Origin: a virus
Taxonomy: Duplodnaviria; Caudoviricetes
Reading direction: 5' to 3' (one strand)
Virus record (IMG/VR): IMGVR_UViG_642918906_000001
Location: 1-64,000 of that record
Length of the DNA: 64,000 nt
Of this stretch, positions 50,354-59,029 are shown one piece after another. Below the pieces are notes generated by a model. The model had not been told where the DNA came from. It searched no databases and saw only the letters and a program-made list of their open reading frames with translations. Every line of letters begins with the position of its first letter. Within the stretch, counting starts at the first letter, position 1. The translations under genes were made by a program, and so were the position numbers.

Positions 50354-50656
50354 ATGTCCCACAATGAGTTGAGCGAAATTACCTATCAGGGTAACACTTA
50401 CACTCTGATCGATAATACTGAATTCGGTCCAAATGAAACGGCGAACAGTATTTATCACTTCATTAACTGTGCTGAACCGCGTATTATTGACGCCAGTTGT
50501 GTCCACGAAGTTATGGTTTCGGCTGAGTCGTTTGCTGCCGCGATCGAAGAGTTCCATCATACCTACCGTGTACAACACGGCGTGCCCCACACCGTCGAGT
50601 ATATTGGTAATGACCTCAGAGCAAAGACGGCTGACCCACATTTGATCAGCAAATAA
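50354..50656 (+). CDS. hypothetical protein, IGxD-array family
   Basis: start moved to ATG 50354 (GGAG); MVSAESFAAA...EYIGND. Confidence 0.8.
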   Translation: MSHNELSEITYQGNTYTLIDNTEFGPNETANSIYHFINCAEPRIIDASCVHEVMVSAESFAAAIEEFHHTYRVQHGVPHTVEYIGNDLRAKTADPHLISK

Positions 50657-50663
50657 AAAACGA

Positions 50664-50696
50664 CATATTGCCCCTCCTTACGGAGGGGCTTTATTT
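50664..50696. terminator. bidirectional hairpin terminator
   Basis: GCCCCTCC-TTAC-GGAGGGGC; convergent genes; near-identical to 1459 copy. Confidence 0.87.
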
Positions 50697-51787
50697 CAAT
50701 TCTTTTTTGACTTAATGTCATCGATCAACTCGGCGATTTGTTTACGGAATATCTTAACAAATTCAGTGTTACCCATTTGATTAAAGATCTGATCGTTAGA
50801 ACCCTCAATCAAGTCAATCATTACAGCGTTGATCTGCGATGCATCATAACCATGGTTACGCATTACCATTCGCACCAAGTACCTTACGTATGGTAACCGT
50901 GCCATGGTCATAGCCCATTGGTTCTGATACGTTACTGGCTCACGTGGTAATTTGATTACCTCAAAGAGATTAGGTTTAACAATCATTGGCGTGATTGCAG
51001 CTAACCCTTCAACTTCAATACCTTTAAGTAATGCCTCAAAATTAATCGATTCCTCGATACGCTTGAGCTTCTCAGAAAGATCCGTAATGTAGAAAGGATG
51101 TGGTGATGGGAAAGGTGTATTAGGTATACCTTGCGATTGTCTATCCAACCGATTAAAGAAAGCAATGTCTAAAAAGCTTTCAATCATACTCGGTAACAGA
51201 ATACTACCCACAAAGCGATAAGCATTCTCAAACTGCATTACACCTTGGGTAGCTTGCCATCTCAACCAGTAACGGTATTGAACCATCAACATAGGAATGT
51301 TAATACTCAGTACACCAAAGGCACGTCCCGGTGTAGTGTTGTTCATGATCGGCAACATCATGTCTGTGCGGGTGTGGTATAGATAGCGAACGGGCTTCAA
51401 AGTACGCCATACCTTACCTAACCCTTCCATCTTAAACTTTTCATAGCTAGCTACAGCGATCTCTTCAGCCTGTGGCCCTAGAGTAATGCCCTTGGAATAG
51501 ATCGTTCCTTTATTAATAGGTGAAACGATTCCCAGTCGTGGGATTACACCTTTAGCCCAACGTTCAACTAAGTTAGCCCACTCAGCATCATCCAACCTTT
51601 CAGTGATTTCAAATTGCTGAATGATCGTAGCAAATAGATTATTCGAGGCTACGTACTTAGGTGCTTTACGATAATAGTTTTGGACATCGTTTATAAGTCC
51701 GGCATACTGACGACGGATATAACCAAGACCAGGGTCTACTGTCTGACCCAACTTCCGATTTGGTGCATCCCGGAATAGTGCATACAT
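50696..51787 (-). CDS. conserved hypothetical protein upstream of chimallin (phiKZ gp52-like by position)
   Basis: 363 aa, AGGA RBS. Confidence 0.8.
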   Translation of the reverse strand: MYALFRDAPNRKLGQTVDPGLGYIRRQYAGLINDVQNYYRKAPKYVASNNLFATIIQQFEITERLDDAEWANLVERWAKGVIPRLGIVSPINKGTIYSKGITLGPQAEEIAVASYEKFKMEGLGKVWRTLKPVRYLYHTRTDMMLPIMNNTTPGRAFGVLSINIPMLMVQYRYWLRWQATQGVMQFENAYRFVGSILLPSMIESFLDIAFFNRLDRQSQGIPNTPFPSPHPFYITDLSEKLKRIEESINFEALLKGIEVEGLAAITPMIVKPNLFEVIKLPREPVTYQNQWAMTMARLPYVRYLVRMVMRNHGYDASQINAVMIDLIEGSNDQIFNQMGNTEFVKIFRKQIAELIDDIKSKKN

Positions 51788-51855
51788 TATTCTAGTTCCT
51801 GTTATTAGTGAAGCAACATACTGTACGATGCTGAGTATATAACATTGTAGGTCAA

Positions 51856-51888
51856 TAGATTTTATTTGAGATTTATATTACTAATGTG
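51856..51888 (+). promoter_or_regulatory. early promoter
   Basis: TAGA(51856)-N14-TATATTAC(51874)-N4-GTG. Confidence 0.85.
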
Positions 51889-51910
51889 TAAATTAACCAA
51901 GGTATCTGAC

Positions 51911-52087
51911 ATGTCCGTATACTTGATAATAAAGAAGAACAACCCACATTGCTTGTTCAACCCTTTAAATATCCATGACCCTAATATCAATGGGCAACTG
52001 TGGTACGACTGTGTAACACGGTTAGCAGATCGGCTTAATAAACATGCCTCCATGACCCAGATCATTGTAACCAAGCGAGTAAAGTAA
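51911..52087 (+). CDS. small early protein
   Basis: start moved to ATG 51911 (AAGGT RBS, downstream of promoter). Confidence 0.68.
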   Translation: MSVYLIIKKNNPHCLFNPLNIHDPNINGQLWYDCVTRLADRLNKHASMTQIIVTKRVK

Positions 52088-52089
52088 AA

Positions 52090-52263
52090 ATGGAACCCCT
52101 TCTTAGTATCACCCGTAAAGCAGCTAACGCCAAGATCACCAGTGAGTTCCTGATGCGTGGGAATAACATTGGATTGTTCCGCAACAGCTATGCTCGACTA
52201 CAACGTAAAATCCGCGAGGGTTCTAATATTGTTGCCATCTACGTCAATAGGAAAACAGCTTAA
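52090..52263 (+). CDS. 57-aa basic protein (not in ORF track)
   Basis: MEPLLSITRKAANAKI...; TAATG coupling to next gene. Confidence 0.65.
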   Translation: MEPLLSITRKAANAKITSEFLMRGNNIGLFRNSYARLQRKIREGSNIVAIYVNRKTA

Positions 52264-52493
52264 TGTTAGCGACATTTCGCATCGAACACTTCGATGATAC
52301 CAACATTACTGAGTTGGTAACGTATGAGCGTAACAGTGTTTACCACATCATCATGATGTTGGAGTTGAATCAGAACGTTAAAGCCTACACGATCACTGCT
52401 GAAGGTGGTCCAGTGGAAGATCCACATCAGACGTATTCTTTCAGCTCGTTGGTCAGTATGTCAAAATACACAACCACTATCAATAAATGGTGA
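52263..52493 (+). CDS. hypothetical protein
   Basis: resembles 45976. Confidence 0.75.
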   Translation: MLATFRIEHFDDTNITELVTYERNSVYHIIMMLELNQNVKAYTITAEGGPVEDPHQTYSFSSLVSMSKYTTTINKW

Positions 52494-52496
52494 GTC

Positions 52497-52787
52497 ATGA
52501 TTACTCGTGGAAAACGAACCTACTTAGTTAACCTGTTCCGACCTGACGGTTTCTTTACATATAAAGGAAAGCTTTCTCTAAAGGCTGGTAATCAGATCTT
52601 GATCGGCATGGTACCCGTATCGGTAACCCCGCCACCATTTGACAACCCTGAAGTAGTCCAGATTGATTTTGATGTAATGAAGGGCGACTTAGCTGTAATG
52701 CCATCTATCCCAGATGACATAACCGCGTTTCTCAATGAATGGTCATCGACATTCAGTTCATCGCTAGCCCCAAGGATTATTCTTTAA
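52497..52787 (+). CDS. hypothetical protein
   Basis: operon packing. Confidence 0.72.
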   Translation: MITRGKRTYLVNLFRPDGFFTYKGKLSLKAGNQILIGMVPVSVTPPPFDNPEVVQIDFDVMKGDLAVMPSIPDDITAFLNEWSSTFSSSLAPRIIL

Positions 52788-53092
52788 TGACTAGACTTTC
52801 AGATGTACCTCTTTCTGAACTACGTACTGACGAAGGTTGGTTAATCAGTGCAACTGGCACTCGTGGTAAGATTACAGCTATTACGTCTACTACTTCAGGC
52901 AACCAGTTTAAGACTCGGTTGCGCATCACTTGGGACAACGGCTTAGAGTCGTATGCAAAGTGGCCACATGAATGTAATAACATTCAAGTTGATGATCGTT
53001 ATCAGCATATCCTGTGCAAACCATACGTAAATGCGCGTGTTGAAGAACTGCTGGCTAACGTAGATTACCTCAAACAATTCGAAGCAGAATAA
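52787..53092 (+). CDS. hypothetical protein
   Basis: start moved to ATG 52787 (AAGGA RBS, TAATG). Confidence 0.75.
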   Translation: MTRLSDVPLSELRTDEGWLISATGTRGKITAITSTTSGNQFKTRLRITWDNGLESYAKWPHECNNIQVDDRYQHILCKPYVNARVEELLANVDYLKQFEAE

Positions 53093-53175
53093 TAATTTAC
53101 TTGCATGTACCATCTAGTAGAGGAAGTGCTGTTACGGACTTCCAATACTCGTTTATTCCTCATCGGAGTGACACA

Positions 53176-53391
53176 ATGGCCAAGTTCTCGGCAGTTATCA
53201 GTTGGGGTGGTAAAGCGAATAAAGTTGAAGTCAACGATTCTCGCTACCCGCATCCATTCACTATCCCAACTCTCGGTGAGATTGAAATCACCATCGATGC
53301 TGCGGATAGTAAAGAAGCAATCATTAAGTTTGACGAGATTGCTCGTAGCTTTAATGACCGTGCACAATTGGTCATTGAATCTATCCGATAA
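53176..53391 (+). CDS. hypothetical protein
   Basis: start moved to ATG 53176 (GGAG RBS). Confidence 0.72.
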   Translation: MAKFSAVISWGGKANKVEVNDSRYPHPFTIPTLGEIEITIDAADSKEAIIKFDEIARSFNDRAQLVIESIR

Positions 53392-53505
53392 CTTAAGAGA
53401 TACTTTTTGTCGTATCTTATGTAGCACACTCAACCGTGTTACATCCCAGGCGAATATAGCCTGATAACCAGACTATGATGCCTGAACCCTCAGTAATGTT
53501 GAGAT

Positions 53506-53538
53506 TAGAAAAAATCTCAGATTTATATTACTACTGTG
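53506..53538 (+). promoter_or_regulatory. early promoter of chimallin
   Basis: TAGA(53506)-N14-TATATTAC(53524)-N4-GTG. Confidence 0.88.
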
Positions 53539-53605
53539 AATCTCAGTACAAGGTTCACTTGCATCAACTTGATCAAGCATTAAAAACACACTAAAGGAAA
53601 GAATC

Positions 53606-55501
53606 ATGATTCGTGACACCGCAACCAACACCACCCAAACTCAAGCTGCTCCGCAACAAGCTCCAGCTCAACAGTTCACTCAAGCTCCACAGGAAAAACC
53701 AATGCAATCGACTCAATCGCAACCAACTCCATCGTACGCTGGTACCGGTGGTATCAATTCCCAGTTCACTCGTTCCGGTAACGTCCAAGGTGGCGATGCT
53801 CGTGCTAGCGAGGCTCTGACTGTATTCACTCGTCTGAAAGAACAGGCCGTCGCTCAACAAGATCTGGCCGATGACTTCAGCATCCTGCGATTCGATCGTG
53901 ACCAGCACCAAGTAGGTTGGTCGTCTCTGGTTATCGCAAAACAAATCTCTCTGAACGGTCAGCCGGTAATCGCTGTTCGTCCTCTGATCCTGCCTAACAA
54001 CTCGATCGAGCTGCCGAAGCGTAAAACCAACATCGTCAACGGTATGCAGACTGACGTAATCGAATCCGACATCGACGTTGGTACCGTGTTCTCCGCTCAG
54101 TACTTCAACCGTCTGTCCACCTACGTACAGAACACTCTGGGTAAGCCAGGTGCTAAAGTCGTACTGGCTGGTCCATTCCCGATCCCTGCGGATCTGGTTC
54201 TGAAGGACTCCGAGCTGCAACTGCGTAACCTGCTGATCAAATCGGTCAACGCATGTGACGACATTCTGGCTCTGCACTCCGGTGAGCGTCCTTTCACCAT
54301 CGCTGGTCTGAAAGGTCAGCAAGGTGAGACTCTGGCTGCTAAGGTAGATATCCGTACTCAGCCTCTGCACGACACCGTTGGTAACCCAATCCGTGCTGAC
54401 ATCGTAGTAACTACTCAACGTGTTCGCCGTAATGGTCAACAAGAGAACGAGTTCTACGAGACCGACGTTAAGCTGAACCAAGTGGCAATGTTCACTAACC
54501 TTGAACGTACTCCACAGGCTCAGGCACAAACCCTGTTCCCTAACCAGCAGCAAGTAGCTACTCCAGCTCCTTGGGTTGCTTCGGTAGTAATTACCGACGT
54601 ACGTAACGCTGACGGTATTCAGGCTAACACTCCTGAAATGTACTGGTTCGCTCTGTCTAACGCATTCCGTTCGACTCACGGTCACGCATGGGCTCGCCCA
54701 TTCCTGCCGATGACTGGCGTTGCTAAAGACATGAAGGACATCGGTGCACTGGGTTGGATGTCGGCTCTGCGTAACCGCATCGACACCAAAGCAGCTAACT
54801 TCGATGACGCTCAATTCGGTCAACTGATGCTGAGTCAGGTTCAACCTAACCCAGTGTTCCAGATCGACCTGAACCGTATGGGCGAGACTGCTCAGATGGA
54901 CAGCCTGCAACTGGACGCCGCTGGTGGCCCTAACGCACAGAAGGCTGCTGCAACCATCATCCGTCAGATCAACAATCTGGGCGGTGGCGGTTTCGAGCGT
55001 TTCTTCGATCACACCACTCAGCCTATCCTCGAGCGCACCGGTCAAGTGATTGATCTGGGTAACTGGTTCGATGGTGATGAGAAGCGTGACCGTCGTGACC
55101 TCGACAACCTGGCTGCACTGAACGCTGCTGAAGGTAACGAGAACGAGTTCTGGGGCTTCTACGGTGCTCAGCTTAACCCGAACCTGCACCCAGACCTGCG
55201 TAACCGTCAGTCGCGTAACTACGACCGTCAATACCTGGGTAGCACTGTTACCTACACCGGTAAAGCCGAACGTTGCACTTACAACGCTAAGTTCATCGAA
55301 GCGCTGGACCGTTACCTGGCTGAAGCTGGTCTGCAAATCACCATGGATAACACCTCGGTGCTGAACAGCGGTCAACGCTTCATGGGTAACTCGGTAATCG
55401 GTAACAACATGGTTAGCGGTCAAGCTCAGGTTCACTCGGCTTACGCTGGTACTCAGGGTTTCAACACCCAGTACCAAACTGGCCCATCCAGCTTCTACTA
55501 A
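53606..55501 (+). CDS. chmA: chimallin, major phage nucleus shell protein
   Basis: 631 aa recognised as 201phi2-1 gp105-type; Q/A/P/T-rich N-tail, DIGALGW, RDRRDLD; early promoter, strong codon bias, upstream of nvRNAP beta-prime. Confidence 0.93.
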   Translation: MIRDTATNTTQTQAAPQQAPAQQFTQAPQEKPMQSTQSQPTPSYAGTGGINSQFTRSGNVQGGDARASEALTVFTRLKEQAVAQQDLADDFSILRFDRDQHQVGWSSLVIAKQISLNGQPVIAVRPLILPNNSIELPKRKTNIVNGMQTDVIESDIDVGTVFSAQYFNRLSTYVQNTLGKPGAKVVLAGPFPIPADLVLKDSELQLRNLLIKSVNACDDILALHSGERPFTIAGLKGQQGETLAAKVDIRTQPLHDTVGNPIRADIVVTTQRVRRNGQQENEFYETDVKLNQVAMFTNLERTPQAQAQTLFPNQQQVATPAPWVASVVITDVRNADGIQANTPEMYWFALSNAFRSTHGHAWARPFLPMTGVAKDMKDIGALGWMSALRNRIDTKAANFDDAQFGQLMLSQVQPNPVFQIDLNRMGETAQMDSLQLDAAGGPNAQKAAATIIRQINNLGGGGFERFFDHTTQPILERTGQVIDLGNWFDGDEKRDRRDLDNLAALNAAEGNENEFWGFYGAQLNPNLHPDLRNRQSRNYDRQYLGSTVTYTGKAERCTYNAKFIEALDRYLAEAGLQITMDNTSVLNSGQRFMGNSVIGNNMVSGQAQVHSAYAGTQGFNTQYQTGPSSFY

Positions 55502-55512
55502 GTTGTAACCAA

Positions 55513-55637
55513 ATTGGGATCGAAAGGTCCCAATGTGGACACCACCTAAATACTGGCTAAAGGTGTTCACTATTGAAACCCACCGCTTAACTCGATATTC
55601 GAGAGTGTCATGTAACAGTGACACTTTGTGGTTAATA
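55513..55637 (+). ncRNA. candidate structured RNA / 3-prime UTR after chmA
   Basis: four hairpins plus an enclosing stem in non-coding DNA ahead of the terminator. Confidence 0.4.
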
Positions 55638-55666
55638 ATACCAGTTAGATCTGGACCAATAGACGG

Positions 55667-55704
55667 GCTACTCCTTCGGGAGTAGCTTTTCTATTCCTTT
55701 TTTT
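55667..55704 (+). terminator. intrinsic terminator
   Basis: GCTACTCC-TTCG-GGAGTAGC then T tracts. Confidence 0.9.
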
Positions 55705-55726
55705 GTAATTACTAATAGGTGGAAAG

Positions 55727-56293
55727 ATGCGAGTAGCTCGTTTTAACGATGTCGAACCAGAACGTATTGTCCCGCTTGTAAATGCAAGCACCATGGATAA
55801 TTTCTATCCCGGTGATGTGGCACGCCTTGTCACCTACGTAGATCATGTTGGTCTGACGGCACCGCTGAAGTTTGGTAAGCGATTTGATCTGTTGGGCATG
55901 GCAGGTGAGGACGACCCGTTTAAAGTAATCGATCCAGCAATGTGTATTGAAACCGTTTACTTCAAGGTGAATGATGTTCTGTACGCCGGCTATGCCAAAG
56001 GTGAGAAAGGTAATGTCACACAGGCGCATTTGTTGGGAGATACTCGACGAGTTACCATTGATTGGACCCATGAACATGTTTATATGGATTCTGAACGCCC
56101 AGCATATTTCGATGGCGTAGATACCAGTAAGATCCCAGTGGGTGTATTCCAATTCAACATCACTGGCGAGGTTCAGATCAGTAAAGGTATCGTTGAATTC
56201 AATGCAACTGTTATTGAACAATCTGAGGGGTTGAATGTAGAGCTAGTTGGTTATGACCTTCTGGCATATTACAGTAAAAATAGCGGAGATTAA
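55727..56293 (+). CDS. hypothetical beta-rich protein
   Basis: 188 aa, AGGTGG RBS. Confidence 0.82.
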   Translation: MRVARFNDVEPERIVPLVNASTMDNFYPGDVARLVTYVDHVGLTAPLKFGKRFDLLGMAGEDDPFKVIDPAMCIETVYFKVNDVLYAGYAKGEKGNVTQAHLLGDTRRVTIDWTHEHVYMDSERPAYFDGVDTSKIPVGVFQFNITGEVQISKGIVEFNATVIEQSEGLNVELVGYDLLAYYSKNSGD

Positions 56294-56295
56294 AT

Positions 56296-56367
56296 ATGGC
56301 GCTGGTTCATTGGCGATGCCGAAACTGTGGTATGACGAAATGTCTGTGTATTAAGCTTGGCAAGTGA
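56296..56367 (+). CDS. 23-aa Cys-rich microprotein (not in ORF track)
   Basis: MALVHWRCRNCGMTKCLCIKLGK; GGAG RBS; stop overlaps RBS of RNAP gene. Confidence 0.55.
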   Translation: MALVHWRCRNCGMTKCLCIKLGK

Positions 56368-56375
56368 GGTTGTGA

Positions 56376-57839
56376 ATGGGGTTGTATTTGGAAGTAGTGG
56401 ATCTCGATGAGGTTCATGATAACTTTAAAGGTAAGATGATTTATGCCAATGACTTCAATACCGGTACTGTAGAAGGTAAAGAAGCATTCCACCAACATTT
56501 CTATTCTCACTATAAGGATTCCGAAGCTGTAGAGAACTCGGCTAGTTGTGATTGTGAATACCTAGATGAAGCACACTTCCTCGGGGTGATCTGTGAGAAC
56601 TGCGGTAGTCCAGTAGTCTCGACCAGTAACCGACCGATTGTACCATCGATGTGGATTCGTGCACCAGAAGGCGTTGATCGAATGATCACACCTCAACTCT
56701 GGATCATGTTGTCTAATTATCTCACGATGAAGGAATTCGACTTCCTCGAATATCTTACCAACACGAGTTATAATTACGATGACGCAAACATTACGTCTAA
56801 AGAAACTCGACGTAAAGTCGGTAAGTTGCTGGCCAAAGGATTCCCACGTGGTCTGAATAACTTCGTTCAGAACTTCGATGAGATCTTCCAGTTCTTACTG
56901 GATGCTAACATCATCAACACCAACAAAGGTGAGATGGCCGCATTCGTAAGAGCTAACAAGCACAAGATGTTCCCAAGACATATCCCGATTCCATCTAAAC
57001 TATGTTTCGTAGCTGAATCGACCACGTCTGGTAACTATCTCGATGAACCTATTGGACCAGCTATCGAAGCCGTACTGACGTTCTGTAGTATCGGTAGTAG
57101 CCCAATCCCAATTAAACCACAAACCGTTCAGAACCGTGTTGCAGAGTCTCTGAAGAACATTTCGGTGTATCACAAGAACCTTGCCAAAACACGTATTGCA
57201 CAGAAGCCGGGTTTGGTTCGTCGACACGTACTGGGTGGCCGTTTGAACTTTACTGGTCGTGGTGTAATTACATCGATCAGTGATCCACATGACTACGATG
57301 AACTCCATGTAAGCTGGGGTATCATGTGTCAGCTGATGAAATATCATCTGGTCAACAAGCTCAAGCGTAAGATGCGTTGGACTAGTCGTAAGGCTACTCA
57401 ACACATCTATGAACATACTTTGCAGTATTGCCCGATCTTGGATGAGTGCTTTAAAGAACTCATTGCAGAGTCTAACTACAAGGGTATTGGTGTAACCTTT
57501 CACCGAAATCCGACATTGCAACGTGGCTCTACTCAACGCTTCTTTATTACTAAGGTTAAGACTGACCTTCGTGATAACTCCATCAGTATGTCGGTACTGT
57601 GCCTCAAGGCACCTAACGCCGACTTCGATGGTGACCAACTTAATATGACCCTGCTGCCAGACAACTATCTGGTAGACGCGTGTGAGCGTATTGCACCACA
57701 CACTTGGGTACACTCCACTGACGATCCACATCAACTGTCTGGTAACCTTGAACTGCAAGGTCCAGTAGTAGAGACTGTCGTTAACTATGGTCACGAAGAT
57801 TATCTTCCACCTCTGGAAGAATGGTTGGCCGGACATTAA
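56376..57839 (+). CDS. non-virion RNA polymerase beta-prime subunit, N-terminal part (phiKZ gp55-like)
   Basis: catalytic NADFDGD, RNPTL, KPGLVRRHVLGGR, Zn site CDC...CENC. Confidence 0.95.
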   Translation: MGLYLEVVDLDEVHDNFKGKMIYANDFNTGTVEGKEAFHQHFYSHYKDSEAVENSASCDCEYLDEAHFLGVICENCGSPVVSTSNRPIVPSMWIRAPEGVDRMITPQLWIMLSNYLTMKEFDFLEYLTNTSYNYDDANITSKETRRKVGKLLAKGFPRGLNNFVQNFDEIFQFLLDANIINTNKGEMAAFVRANKHKMFPRHIPIPSKLCFVAESTTSGNYLDEPIGPAIEAVLTFCSIGSSPIPIKPQTVQNRVAESLKNISVYHKNLAKTRIAQKPGLVRRHVLGGRLNFTGRGVITSISDPHDYDELHVSWGIMCQLMKYHLVNKLKRKMRWTSRKATQHIYEHTLQYCPILDECFKELIAESNYKGIGVTFHRNPTLQRGSTQRFFITKVKTDLRDNSISMSVLCLKAPNADFDGDQLNMTLLPDNYLVDACERIAPHTWVHSTDDPHQLSGNLELQGPVVETVVNYGHEDYLPPLEEWLAGH

Positions 57840-57851
57840 GAGGAATACTAG

Positions 57852-58280
57852 ATGGGCTTAGTACTGAAGTTTGACAAAACTGACGAAGGTCTAATGCTCG
57901 ATGGTAATCCAGTTACGATCTCCCTCGGTGGCCAAGGCTGCCGAGTGGAGGCTAGCTCGATTTCATTGACCTATACGTTACCAAAGTCACAGTTACCCGA
58001 GGGCAGTAAGCACGAAATCTCATACACCTTCAAAGCTGATTCCGAAGGCGTGATCCAATCGGTCACCACTAACCGAACTGAGTTGGTGCGGAACGCTACC
58101 GGTAATCGCTGGTACACTGATCGATTCCCAGATGAAACGACGGTTTACCTAGTCTATAACGCATCTGTATTGGACTACTTTAAAGTTACCGTAGGTGATA
58201 CCAGAATGGCTATTAAAGACTACTTGGTAATTCGACCTAAAGAAAAACATAATAATCCACTTGATCACATTGGGTGGTAA
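57852..58280 (+). CDS. hypothetical protein
   Basis: GAGGA RBS. Confidence 0.8.
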   Translation: MGLVLKFDKTDEGLMLDGNPVTISLGGQGCRVEASSISLTYTLPKSQLPEGSKHEISYTFKADSEGVIQSVTTNRTELVRNATGNRWYTDRFPDETTVYLVYNASVLDYFKVTVGDTRMAIKDYLVIRPKEKHNNPLDHIGW

Positions 58281-58282
58281 GG

Positions 58283-58807
58283 ATGTTTAACTTTAAGCGG
58301 TGGTGGCATAAACCGATACCCGTTGAGGTACCGGTTATAGCTGAAGAGTCAAAGATAGACCCGGTGGTAATCGAATGGCAACGTCGGGTCAAAGAGTTTT
58401 ATAGTGCTCGACGCAAAAACGCAAGGTCAATGAGTACATTCGATAAATACTGTTTCATCAGAGGGATTAACTTCGACTGTTATGAAGACTGCGAAAGACT
58501 GTATCGAAAGCTAGGTAATCCAGATATAGATCTACATATCGAATTTAGGCTCGATAAAGACCTGTTGGCCGCGAGCTTGCTTATTCCAGACGAGCGTCCA
58601 ACAGACGACCAGTTGATTAACGCGCAGCTCTTTTATGAGCAACTGGTTAAAACCATAGATACCGATCTATGGGACAATACACCTCACAAGTTCTACGCTG
58701 GTAACGACGTCGATGTGATGGAACATTATCTTCGTAGTCAATTCAACCTATTCGATTATGAGCTATCGGTGTCGGTATCCGCTTACATCTGGTGGAGTTT
58801 AGCCTGA
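58283..58807 (+). CDS. hypothetical protein
   Basis: ATG 58283; frame stays open after the TGA. Confidence 0.75.
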   Translation: MFNFKRWWHKPIPVEVPVIAEESKIDPVVIEWQRRVKEFYSARRKNARSMSTFDKYCFIRGINFDCYEDCERLYRKLGNPDIDLHIEFRLDKDLLAASLLIPDERPTDDQLINAQLFYEQLVKTIDTDLWDNTPHKFYAGNDVDVMEHYLRSQFNLFDYELSVSVSAYIWWSLA

Positions 58808-59029
58808 AAGCCTAAAGGTATTCGTTGCCATACGCATGTCATAGACGCATGCCGTCATCACGGAGATATCTTCGACTATTATTACGACCACATCCGTAAA
58901 GCGATTAGGTTAGTAGAGAACTGGGCTGGGTGTAATCTTGGTTGTTGTGATTTCCCAGATGAAATCGAACCTTGTCCCGTCTTATGGTACGAACATGAAT
59001 GTCGATTCAAAAGACCAAAGGATAAAGCT

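Noticed and set aside
53636-53700. Short CAAGCT-type repeats in the chmA 5-prime region
   Set aside because: Simply encode the Gln/Ala/Pro-rich disordered tail
53591-55624. 677-aa antisense ORF over chimallin
   Set aside because: In register with chmA codons; explained by avoidance of TTA, CTA and TCA in a highly expressed gene; no recognisable motifs
55502-55666. tRNA call for the multi-hairpin segment
   Set aside because: No T-loop or D-loop consensus and arm sizes do not fit a cloverleaf
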